Shown piece by piece: positions 15,420 through 25,466 of a stretch of 64,000 nt of DNA (position 1 is the first letter of the stretch; the number at the start of each line of letters is the position of its first letter). Below the pieces are notes generated by a model that saw nothing but the letters and a program-made list of their open reading frames with translations, was not told the DNA's origin and did not search any database. The stretch comes from an uncultured Ruminococcus sp. (GTDB lineage Bacteria; Bacillota; Clostridia; Oscillospirales; Ruminococcaceae), in contig ONAI01000012.1 in assembly GCA_900315755.1 (NCBI GenBank), positions 9,064-73,063 of the forward strand, in the 5' to 3' direction. The position numbers and the translations under genes were made by a program.

Positions 15420-16001
15420 TCATAAATATTGCTCGCTCAGCCTATCTATTATTGCCAATGCCGCAATACTTTTCTTCTTGCGCTTGTTCATGGCGTACTG
15501 TTCAAGATAAGCGTGTGCTTCATCCTCGGTCATACCCTTGTACTGCATGAGCATGAATTTTGCCTTGTCTATTGCCTGTATCTCCTCGATCTTCTGTTCA
15601 AGCCGCCGGTTCTCATCGTAAAGCTTCAAGGAACGGTTCACAGCAATGTCGATCGTTTTGACCAGCTGATAGAGCAGAGTCCGGCTGAATGGCTTCCCGA
15701 CAATGATGATACCTGCCTTTTCGGCACGTCCTGCGATCTTTTCGGTCTGCTCCTCCTTTATCATGAAGATACAGTTTGCGGTAGTATTTTCGATGATGTA
15801 TTCCGCGAGTTCAAAGCCTGATTCGTCCATAAGAGGTGAGTTTATCACAGCGAGTTCTAAGGTAGGATCTGCATCGAAAACGTTTTTCGCCTGATAGGCT
15901 GATTCAACGAGCTTCGGAGTACAACTGAACGAATCGCGGAGGAAATTCACAAGAGCTTCAGCGGCATTTTTGTTACTTGAAACTACAAGAATTTTTTCCA
16001 A
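15420..16001 (-). CDS. ANTAR-domain RNA-binding antiterminator with a pseudo-receiver N-terminal domain
   Basis: TTG start follows GGAGG. The C-terminal ANTAR signature is IQAIDKAKFMLMQYKGMTEDEAHAYLEQYAMNKRKKKSIAALAII. The receiver-like domain lacks the acidic pocket (VVSSNK instead of DD; VINSPL instead of the phospho-acceptor D). Confidence 0.85.
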   Translation of the reverse strand: MEKILVVSSNKNAAEALVNFLRDSFSCTPKLVESAYQAKNVFDADPTLELAVINSPLMDESGFELAEYIIENTTANCIFMIKEEQTEKIAGRAEKAGIIIVGKPFSRTLLYQLVKTIDIAVNRSLKLYDENRRLEQKIEEIQAIDKAKFMLMQYKGMTEDEAHAYLEQYAMNKRKKKSIAALAIIDRLSEQYL

Positions 16002-16013
16002 AGTTAACCTCCG

Positions 16014-17291
16014 TCAGAGACTGTAAAAGTATTGTTTTTCCTCGAATGCTTCCTTGTCGTATGAAGAAGAGTACCTGCGCCACTCATCGCGGCTGTAATT
16101 CAGCAGGACCTCAAGTATATTTGCAGGCACATATTTCTTTACGAAATCCGAGCTTTCAGTGCAGCTGACAGCTTCTTCCAGTGTAGACGGAAGGCGCTCT
16201 GAGCCGTTGCTTTTTTCAGGGAGCGGAAGCTCTTCCTCTATTCCTTCAAGTGCTGAGTATATCATCAGCCCGAGCACAAAATACGGATCACATACGCAGT
16301 CTGCCGCACGGAGTTCAACGCATGAGTTGTCGCTTTCCGGGTTCATACGGATAAGCTGAGAGCCCTCCTCGTCCGACCAGATAATGTCGCGCGGAGCGGT
16401 GAACTCACCGAGCCTTTTATAAGAATTTACAGTTGAGTTGGTGAAAAGTGTGAACTCACGGATATGCTTCATTATGCCGGCTGCGGCATTTCTGAGGAGC
16501 TCGTTATCATCGGATTTCGTTTCCTCAAGCATATCATTATCGAGGAAAATATTGAAGCTGATGTGCATACCGTTTCCGCAGTCGTTTCGGAGCGGTTTCG
16601 GCATAAAGCTTGCATGAACTCCGTGAGTTTCGGCAACTGATTTAACTGCGGACTTGAAGCTGAGGAATGTATCAGCAGCTTTCAGTGCGGACGATGCGTT
16701 GAAGTCTATCTCGTGCTGACCGCAGCCGCTTTCATGACGTGATGATATAGGGTGTATACCCATCTGTTCGAGAGTGAGACATACATCGCGGCGGATATTT
16801 TCGCCTTTGTCGTCGGGAGCAACGTCGCAGTAGCCGGCAAAATCATGAGGAGTTTTTGTAGGCAGACCGCTTTCATCCTTGTGGAAGAGAGTGAACTCAC
16901 ATGAAGTTCCGAAGCGGAAGCAGTATCCTGCTGCAACTGCTGTTTTCATTGCCTTTTTGAGGAAATATCTGCCATCGCCTTCAAATGGAGTTCCGTCAGC
17001 ATAACGGATATAGCAGAACATTCTGATAACTCTGCCCTGCTGAGGTCTCCACGGGAGAACGGTCATAGTCTGAGCATCGGGGAATAGGAAAAGGTCCTTT
17101 CCGTTTGCAGCCTCGAAGCCTGCAATTTTCTTTGCGGTGATGCGTACTCCGCGCTCAAATGTAACTGCGAGTTCCGATGAAAGAACAGATATATTTTTAA
17201 GTCTGCCTTTCATATCGCAGAATGTCAGCTTTACGAATTTAACGTCGTTTTCCTCGATATACTGCAATATCTCATTTTCTGAATATATCAT
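16014..17291 (-). CDS. glnA: Glutamine synthetase family protein (type I-like, 425 aa, atypical active-site motif)
   Basis: ATG 17291 follows GGAGG. Motifs CEFTLF, RHESGCGQHEIDF, GNGMHISF and NSYKRL are present. EGSQLIRM occupies the position of the usual NRSxxIR motif. Confidence 0.8.
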   Translation of the reverse strand: MIYSENEILQYIEENDVKFVKLTFCDMKGRLKNISVLSSELAVTFERGVRITAKKIAGFEAANGKDLFLFPDAQTMTVLPWRPQQGRVIRMFCYIRYADGTPFEGDGRYFLKKAMKTAVAAGYCFRFGTSCEFTLFHKDESGLPTKTPHDFAGYCDVAPDDKGENIRRDVCLTLEQMGIHPISSRHESGCGQHEIDFNASSALKAADTFLSFKSAVKSVAETHGVHASFMPKPLRNDCGNGMHISFNIFLDNDMLEETKSDDNELLRNAAAGIMKHIREFTLFTNSTVNSYKRLGEFTAPRDIIWSDEEGSQLIRMNPESDNSCVELRAADCVCDPYFVLGLMIYSALEGIEEELPLPEKSNGSERLPSTLEEAVSCTESSDFVKKYVPANILEVLLNYSRDEWRRYSSSYDKEAFEEKQYFYSL

Positions 17292-17304
17292 TTTAGCCTC
17301 CGTA

Positions 17305-18789
17305 TCATAAATTGGTATAGCCCATAAGGTATTCGTCGACTTCTGCTGCTGCATCGCGTCCTTCACGGATAGCGCGGACTACAAGCGACTGTCCGATATG
17401 CATATCACCAGCGGTGAATACCTTTTCAATGTCTGTGGAATGTTTGCCGGGAGCTGTTTTAACATTAGTGCGCTGATTGAGCGATACGCCGAAAGCATCC
17501 GCGATATACTGCTGACAGCCTAAGAAGCCTGCCGCAATAAGACACAACTCGCAGGGGAGGATCTCTTCACTGCCCTCGATTTCTTTCATAGTACGTCTGC
17601 CGGTTGCGGGATCTGTACCAAATTCGAGCTTTACTGTCTTTACAGCCGAAAGCTTTCCGTTTTCATCTTTGATGAATTCCTTTACCGTTGTGCAGTAGAT
17701 ACGCGGATCATTACCGAATACCGCAATAGCTTCCTCCTGACCGTAGTCTGTCTTGCATACTCTCGGCCACTCTGGGAACGGATTGTTCTCGGCTCTCTCA
17801 TCGGGGAGCTTCGGCATCATTTCAAGCTGTATCACTGACTTGCAGCCGTGGCGGACAGAAGTTCCCACGCAGTCGTTACCGGTGTCACCGCCGCCGATGA
17901 TAACAACGTTCTTATCCTTTGCGGAGATGTACTTTCCGTCTGTAAGGTCTGAATCGAGCAGACTTTTTGTGGTTGCTTTGAGGAAATCAACTGCGAAGTA
18001 TATGCCCTCAGCATCGCGTCCCTCAGCCTTTATATCACGCGGATTTGAAGAACCGCAGGCAAGTACGACTGCATCGAAGCTGCTGAGTATTTCATCAGCT
18101 GAAACATTTTCGCCAACGTTTGCATTTGTTCTGAATTCAACGCCCTCAGCCTTCATGAGTTCAACACGTCGGTCGATGATATGCTTTTCCAGCTTCATAT
18201 TCGGGATACCGTACATCAGAAGTCCGCCGACACGGTCGGAACGCTCGAAAACTGTTACATTGTGTCCGCGCTTATTGAGAGTGTCTGCAGCGGCAAGTCC
18301 GGAAGGACCAGAGCCTATTACTGCTACACGCTTGCCGCTTCTTACAGTTGGTATCTGCGGCTGCATAAGACCGTTTGCGAAGCCGAATTCGATAATAGAG
18401 TTTTCGTTCTCTTTTGTAGTTACCGGTGAATCGTAAACTCCGCAGATACAAGCCTTTTCGCAGAGTGCCGGACATACCCTCGATGTGAATTCGGGGAAGT
18501 TATTGGTCAGCAGCAGACGGCTCAGTGCTTGCTCTTCCTGACCGTGGTAAAGCAGATCGTTCCACTCGGGAATGAGGTTGTTGAGCGGACATCCGGATAC
18601 CATTCCGCAGAGCATTTTTCCGTTCTGGCAGAAGGGAACACCGCAGTCCATACAGCGTGAAGCCTGTTCACGGCGCTGCTCCTCACTGAGAGGCATATGG
18701 AACTCATTAAAGTCTTTTATACGTTCGAGCGGTTCCTTTACCGCTGTTTCAGTCCTTGCATATTCAAGAAATCCTGTTGTTTTTCCCAT
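17305..18789 (-). CDS. gltD: Glutamate synthase (NADPH) small subunit
   Basis: Fe-S cysteine clusters, VAVIGSGPSGLAAA, 494 aa. It starts 3 nt after the gltB stop. Confidence 0.95.
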   Translation of the reverse strand: MGKTTGFLEYARTETAVKEPLERIKDFNEFHMPLSEEQRREQASRCMDCGVPFCQNGKMLCGMVSGCPLNNLIPEWNDLLYHGQEEQALSRLLLTNNFPEFTSRVCPALCEKACICGVYDSPVTTKENENSIIEFGFANGLMQPQIPTVRSGKRVAVIGSGPSGLAAADTLNKRGHNVTVFERSDRVGGLLMYGIPNMKLEKHIIDRRVELMKAEGVEFRTNANVGENVSADEILSSFDAVVLACGSSNPRDIKAEGRDAEGIYFAVDFLKATTKSLLDSDLTDGKYISAKDKNVVIIGGGDTGNDCVGTSVRHGCKSVIQLEMMPKLPDERAENNPFPEWPRVCKTDYGQEEAIAVFGNDPRIYCTTVKEFIKDENGKLSAVKTVKLEFGTDPATGRRTMKEIEGSEEILPCELCLIAAGFLGCQQYIADAFGVSLNQRTNVKTAPGKHSTDIEKVFTAGDMHIGQSLVVRAIREGRDAAAEVDEYLMGYTNL

Positions 18790-18792
18790 TGA

Positions 18793-21700
18793 TCACGCCT
18801 TCTTTCTGACATACTCAAAGGCTTCTATTTCAGCCTGTTCACTGTTCATGCCCTTTAATTCAAATTCAAGTACAGCATTGCGGATCTTAGCATAATCATG
18901 AGGTATTATCTTCTTGAAGCATGGCAGATAATTCTCAAAGTCTGCAAGAATCTTTTTTGCCTTTTCTGAACCGGTAGCAGCTTCGTGTTCTTCGATAATA
19001 CTTTTCAGTTCTGCTATATCAGTCTTTTCGCTTACGCTTTCAAGTGATACGAGTTCTTTATTGAGACGGGTATACAGATCATGTTCCTTGTCGAGAACAT
19101 AAGCGATACCACCAGACATACCGGCAGCGAAATTTTTACCTGTGTGTCCGAGGATAACAGCTCGGCCGCCTGTCATGTATTCACATCCGTGGTCTCCGAC
19201 GCCTTCACAGACTGCCGTAGCACCTGAATTTCTTACGCAGAAGCGTTCACCTGCAACGCCGTTGATGAAAGCCTTACCGGATGTTGCACCGTAGAGTGCA
19301 ACGTTGCCCACGATGATATTCTCATCAGCCTTGAATGTTGAAGTTTTGGGCGGATTCAGGATCAGCTTGCCGCCTGAAAGTCCCTTGCCAAAGTAATCGT
19401 TGCTGTCGCCAGTGAGTTCAAGCGTAAGTCCCTTTGGTATGAATGCTCCGAAGGACTGTCCGCCGCTGCCGTTGCATTTAACGGTGAATGTATCGTCAGC
19501 AAGCACATTTTCGCCGTGGATACGTGTTATTTCTGCACCTGTAAGTGTACCGACAGAGCGGTCAGTGTTCACAACATCAATGGAAACAGACTTGGAAGTT
19601 CCGTTTTTCAGCGCACTTCCCAGCTTCTTTATTATAACACGGCGGTCTATGGTCTTGTCAAGTTCAAAATCGTAAATATCATCAGGATCGAAGTGTTTTT
19701 TGCCGTCGGTAATGCTGTTTGCAAGGATATTTGTGAAATCAATATTCCTGTCGGCTGCACTATCCTTAATGCTGAGAAGATCTGTACGTCCCACAAGCTC
19801 GTCTACTGTGCGGATGCCGAGCTTAGCCATGTACTCGCGGAGCTCCTGTGCGATGAAGTGCATGAAGTTGACTATGTACTCCGGCTTGCCGCGGAAACGC
19901 TTTCTAAGTTCGGGATTCTGTGTAGCTATACCCATAGGACAAGTGTCGAGGTTGCACACTCTCATCATTACACAGCCCATTGTTACCAGCGGAGCAGTTG
20001 CGAAGCCGAATTCCTCAGCACCGAGAAGTGCTGCAACCAGTACATCACGTCCTGTCATAAGCTTTCCGTCAGTTTCTATGCGTACACGGGAACGAAGTCT
20101 GTTGAGCATAAGCGTCTGGTGAGCCTCGGCAAGTCCGAGTTCCCAAGGAAGTCCTGCGTTATAGATGGAGCTCTTAGGAGCAGCACCTGTACCGCCGTCA
20201 TAGCCTGAAATAAGTATTACCTGTGCGCCAGCCTTAGCAACACCGGCAGCAACAGTACCGACACCTGCCTCTGATACGAGCTTTACTGAGATACGAGCCT
20301 TATCGTTGGCATTTTTGAGGTCATAGATAAGCTGTGCCAGATCCTCGATAGAGTAGATGTCATGGTGAGGCGGAGGCGAGATAAGCCCAACGCCTGCTGT
20401 GGAGTGACGAGTTTTTGCTATCCACGGATATACCTTGCCTGAGGGGAGATGTCCGCCCTCGCCGGGCTTAGCGCCCTGAGCCATTTTGATCTGAATCTCC
20501 TGAGCGGAAACAAGATATTCTGATGTTACACCGAAACGTCCTGAAGCGACCTGCTTGATAGCAGAGCACTTATCCGATTTCAGACGTTCCGGACTTTCAC
20601 CGCCCTCACCGCTGTTGGACTTTCCGCCGATACTGTTCATAGCCATTGCCATGCACTCGTGGGCTTCCTGCGAAATAGAACCGTAAGACATTGCACCGGT
20701 CTTGAATCGCTTGCAGATACTCTCAACGGATTCTACCTCATCAATTGGTATACCGCCGTTTTCATCGAAATTGAAGTCGAGCAGACTGCGGAGTGTGATC
20801 TCGTTATCCTCGCGTGTGAGCGCCTCAGAATACTTCTTGAATGTATCGTAGCTGCCGGTCCAAGCAGCCTGCTGGAGCAGATGGATGGTCTCGGGAGTGT
20901 AAAGATGCTCGCTCTTTCCGCTGCGGAGCTTGTGGCTGCCTGCACTCTTGACCTCGCTGCTGACATGAAGTCCGAGCGGATCGTAAGCAGCAGTGTGGAG
21001 AGCCTCTGTGCGGCGGCTTATATCAGCGAGTCCGATACCGCCGATACGGCTGACAGTACCCGCAAAACAGCTGTTGATGAGTTCCTGTGAAATACCCACA
21101 GCCTCAAACAGCTTACTGCCCTGATAGGACTGAATGGTCGATATTCCCATTTTGGAAGCGATCTTTATAATGCCGTGGAGGATTGCACTGTTGTAGTCGT
21201 CCTCGGCAGCGTAGAAGTCCTTGTCGAGAGAACCGTCCTCGATGAGTGAACGAATAGTTTCATGTGCAAGATAAGGATTGACAGCACACGCACCGTAGCC
21301 GAGAAGTGCAGCAAAATGGTGTACCTCTCTCGGTTCGGCGGATTCGAGTATCATAGCAACAGCTGTGCGCTTTTTAGTAGAAACGAGGTGCTGCTGAAGT
21401 GCAGAAACTGCAAGGAGCGAAGGTATCGGGCAGTGGTACTCATCCACACCGCGGTCGGAGAGGATAAGGATAGAAGCGCCATCGTGGTAAGCCTTGTCAG
21501 CGTCAATGAAAAGGCGCTCGATAGCCTTGTCAAGAGATGTTCCGATGTAGTAGGTTATCGGGATAACTGCACTTTTCAGACCGTCCGCATGAAGATTCTT
21601 TATCTTGAGCATATCAGTCTCGGTCAGGATAGGGTTCTCGATTTTGAGGACGTGGCAGTTCTCAGGACGCTCCTCAAGGATATTTCCGTCCTTGCCGATG

Positions 21701-23328
21701 TAGACACTTGTGTCGGTAACGACTTCCTCACGGATAGCGTCAAACGGAGGATTCGTGACCTGTGCAAAGAGCTGGCGGAAGTAGTTGAACAGCGGAGGTG
21801 ACTGCTTGTCAAGCGGCGGGAGCGGGATGTCGCTGCCCATAGATGCAATAGGCTCAGCACCTTTTTCAGCCATCGGCAGAATAGATGTGCGTATGTCCTC
21901 ATAGGAGTAGCCGAATGCTTTGTGAAGTTTTGAAAGTTCGTCCTTTGAGTAGGTCTGCACACCCTTGTTGGGAATATGCAGATCATGGAGGCGTACGAGA
22001 TTAGCATCCAGCCATTCACCGTATGGCTGACGGGAAGCGTACATTGACTTTACTTCATCATCCTCGATGATGCGTCCCTGCTTTGTATCAGCAAGCAGCA
22101 TTTTTCCGGGACGTAGACGGTCTTTCTTCACGATCTTCTCAGCAGGGATGTCGATACAGCCTGTCTCGGATGAAAGGATCAGGAAGCCGTCGTTTGTTAT
22201 GCAGTATCTCGATGGGCGCAGACCGTTTCTGTCAAGGACTGCTCCCATGACATCACCGTCAGAGAAAAGTATTGAAGCAGGACCGTCCCACGGCTCCATC
22301 ATTGTTGCATAATACTGGTAGAAATCGTACTTTGCCTTTGATATGGTCCTGTCGTTTTTCCACGGCTCGGGAATGGTTATCATGACTGCAAGCGGAAGCG
22401 GCATACCGGACATGACCATGAATTCGAGTGCATTGTCAAGTCTTGCTGAGTCAGAGCCGTTTACGTTTATTGCAGGGAGTATCCTGTGCATATCGGCACT
22501 GAGAGTGTAGCAGGTCATTGTTTCCTCTCGGGCAAGCATCTTGTCGGCATTGCCTGTGATAGTATTTATCTCGCCGTTGTGTACTATGAAGCGGTTAGGA
22601 TGAGCTTTCTGCCAGCTTGGATTAGTATTCGTGGAAAAACGAGAGTGTACCATTGCAATAGCAGATGTGAAGTCTTTGCACTGGAGGTCTGTATAGAATC
22701 TTCTCAGTTCGTCAACGAGGAACATTCCTTTGTATACGATAGTGCGGCTTGAAAGTGAGCATACATATGTATCCTCATTTGAGTGCTCGAATTCGCGTCT
22801 TGCAATGAAGAGCTTACGGTCGAAGTCAAGACCTTTATTGCAGCTGTCGGGACGCTTTACGAATGCCTGCATTATGCATGGCATACTGTCGAGTGCCTTA
22901 TTACCGAGGATAGAGGGTGAAGTCGGAACTTCACGCCAGCATACGAACTCCATACCGTTATTGTCGATGATCTTTTCAAAAAGCTTTTTTGCGCGGTCGC
23001 GTCTGAGTTCGTTTTGTGGAAAGAAAAACATACCAACGCCGAAGTCACCGTTATTTCCGAGGTCAGCGCCCAGCTTCTTTGCTTCTTTTATAAAGAAGCT
23101 GTACGGCATCTGTACAAGTATTCCTACACCGTCGCCAGTTTTGCCCTCAGCATCCTTACCGGCACGGTGCTCCAGTTTTTCAACGATAGTGAGAGCATTT
23201 TCCACAACATATCGTGACTGTTCGCCATTGATGTTCACTACTGCTCCGATACCGCAGTTATCATGTTCAAATCTAGGGCTGTAAAGTCCCTGCTGCTGGT
23301 AAGGGGCGTCTGTTCTGAAATTGTCCAT
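18793..23328 (-). CDS. gltB: Glutamate synthase large subunit (1511 aa)
   Basis: Preferred start is the MDNFRTD ATG at 23328. Amidotransferase nucleophile ...HDNCGIGAV, plus FMN/3Fe-4S and GXGXG domains. Confidence 0.95.
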   Translation of the reverse strand: MDNFRTDAPYQQQGLYSPRFEHDNCGIGAVVNINGEQSRYVVENALTIVEKLEHRAGKDAEGKTGDGVGILVQMPYSFFIKEAKKLGADLGNNGDFGVGMFFFPQNELRRDRAKKLFEKIIDNNGMEFVCWREVPTSPSILGNKALDSMPCIMQAFVKRPDSCNKGLDFDRKLFIARREFEHSNEDTYVCSLSSRTIVYKGMFLVDELRRFYTDLQCKDFTSAIAMVHSRFSTNTNPSWQKAHPNRFIVHNGEINTITGNADKMLAREETMTCYTLSADMHRILPAINVNGSDSARLDNALEFMVMSGMPLPLAVMITIPEPWKNDRTISKAKYDFYQYYATMMEPWDGPASILFSDGDVMGAVLDRNGLRPSRYCITNDGFLILSSETGCIDIPAEKIVKKDRLRPGKMLLADTKQGRIIEDDEVKSMYASRQPYGEWLDANLVRLHDLHIPNKGVQTYSKDELSKLHKAFGYSYEDIRTSILPMAEKGAEPIASMGSDIPLPPLDKQSPPLFNYFRQLFAQVTNPPFDAIREEVVTDTSVYIGKDGNILEERPENCHVLKIENPILTETDMLKIKNLHADGLKSAVIPITYYIGTSLDKAIERLFIDADKAYHDGASILILSDRGVDEYHCPIPSLLAVSALQQHLVSTKKRTAVAMILESAEPREVHHFAALLGYGACAVNPYLAHETIRSLIEDGSLDKDFYAAEDDYNSAILHGIIKIASKMGISTIQSYQGSKLFEAVGISQELINSCFAGTVSRIGGIGLADISRRTEALHTAAYDPLGLHVSSEVKSAGSHKLRSGKSEHLYTPETIHLLQQAAWTGSYDTFKKYSEALTREDNEITLRSLLDFNFDENGGIPIDEVESVESICKRFKTGAMSYGSISQEAHECMAMAMNSIGGKSNSGEGGESPERLKSDKCSAIKQVASGRFGVTSEYLVSAQEIQIKMAQGAKPGEGGHLPSGKVYPWIAKTRHSTAGVGLISPPPHHDIYSIEDLAQLIYDLKNANDKARISVKLVSEAGVGTVAAGVAKAGAQVILISGYDGGTGAAPKSSIYNAGLPWELGLAEAHQTLMLNRLRSRVRIETDGKLMTGRDVLVAALLGAEEFGFATAPLVTMGCVMMRVCNLDTCPMGIATQNPELRKRFRGKPEYIVNFMHFIAQELREYMAKLGIRTVDELVGRTDLLSIKDSAADRNIDFTNILANSITDGKKHFDPDDIYDFELDKTIDRRVIIKKLGSALKNGTSKSVSIDVVNTDRSVGTLTGAEITRIHGENVLADDTFTVKCNGSGGQSFGAFIPKGLTLELTGDSNDYFGKGLSGGKLILNPPKTSTFKADENIIVGNVALYGATSGKAFINGVAGERFCVRNSGATAVCEGVGDHGCEYMTGGRAVILGHTGKNFAAGMSGGIAYVLDKEHDLYTRLNKELVSLESVSEKTDIAELKSIIEEHEAATGSEKAKKILADFENYLPCFKKIIPHDYAKIRNAVLEFELKGMNSEQAEIEAFEYVRKKA

Positions 23329-23380
23329 ATCATTCACTTGCCTTTCAGGTAATGCTCGCCATTGAACAATACCGATGAAT

Positions 23381-23422
23381 AAAAAAAGACGCTCATACAG
23401 ACAGTAAGCCTGTACGAACGTC
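23381..23422 (-). terminator. Promoter-proximal terminator (attenuator) in the gltB operon leader
   Basis: Minus strand reads GACGTTCGTACAG-9 nt loop-CTGTATGAGCGTC, a 13-bp stem with two G.U pairs, followed by T7. It starts about 9 nt after the predicted start site and lies about 50 nt upstream of gltB. Confidence 0.65.
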
Positions 23423-23437
23423 GTTGTTGCTAAACAC

Positions 23438-23466
23438 ATCTTATCACGTTAAAGCGGAAATGTCAA
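23438..23466 (-). promoter_or_regulatory. gltB operon promoter (TTGACA-17-TAAGAT)
   Basis: The -35 box is at 23466-23461 and the -10 box at 23443-23438 on the minus strand. Confidence 0.6.
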
Positions 23467-23567
23467 TAGGAAAATCAGGCATTTGGACGGTTTCGTGAAA
23501 AATATACAGTTATTACAGGCTAACGCGAGTAGAAAAATATGCGATACGTCAAATTTGTAAAAAGCTA

Positions 23568-23596
23568 TTGACAAATTTCTCACTAAGGTCTATAAT
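23568..23596 (+). promoter_or_regulatory. pyrG-glnN leader promoter (TTGACA-17-TATAAT), a copy of 3339-3367
   Basis: Consensus hexamers in the same flanking context AAAAAGCTATTGACAAA. Confidence 0.7.
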
Positions 23597-23598
23597 AA

Positions 23599-25365
<1,767 letters not shown>

Positions 25366-25466
25366 TGGTATCGTCTAACGGCGATGAATTGAGAACTTTA
25401 AATCTTTCCGCCTAAGCGGACACAAGTAATTATGTATTATGAATTTTATAACCGGAGGTTAACATT

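Noticed and set aside
17753-23284. Multiple long plus-strand ORFs inside gltD/gltB (for example 17753-18436, 19516-20208, 21262-21801, 22730-23284)
   Set aside because: These are antisense shadows of very well supported glutamate synthase genes.
23455-23470. Shared TTTCC(C)TATTGAC(A/T)TTT context at three minus-strand promoters (23461, 30160, 40196) and CTATTGACAAA at the two leader promoters
   Set aside because: This is probably just the extended -35/UP-like consensus of strong housekeeping promoters in this organism. There is no evidence for a specific regulator site.
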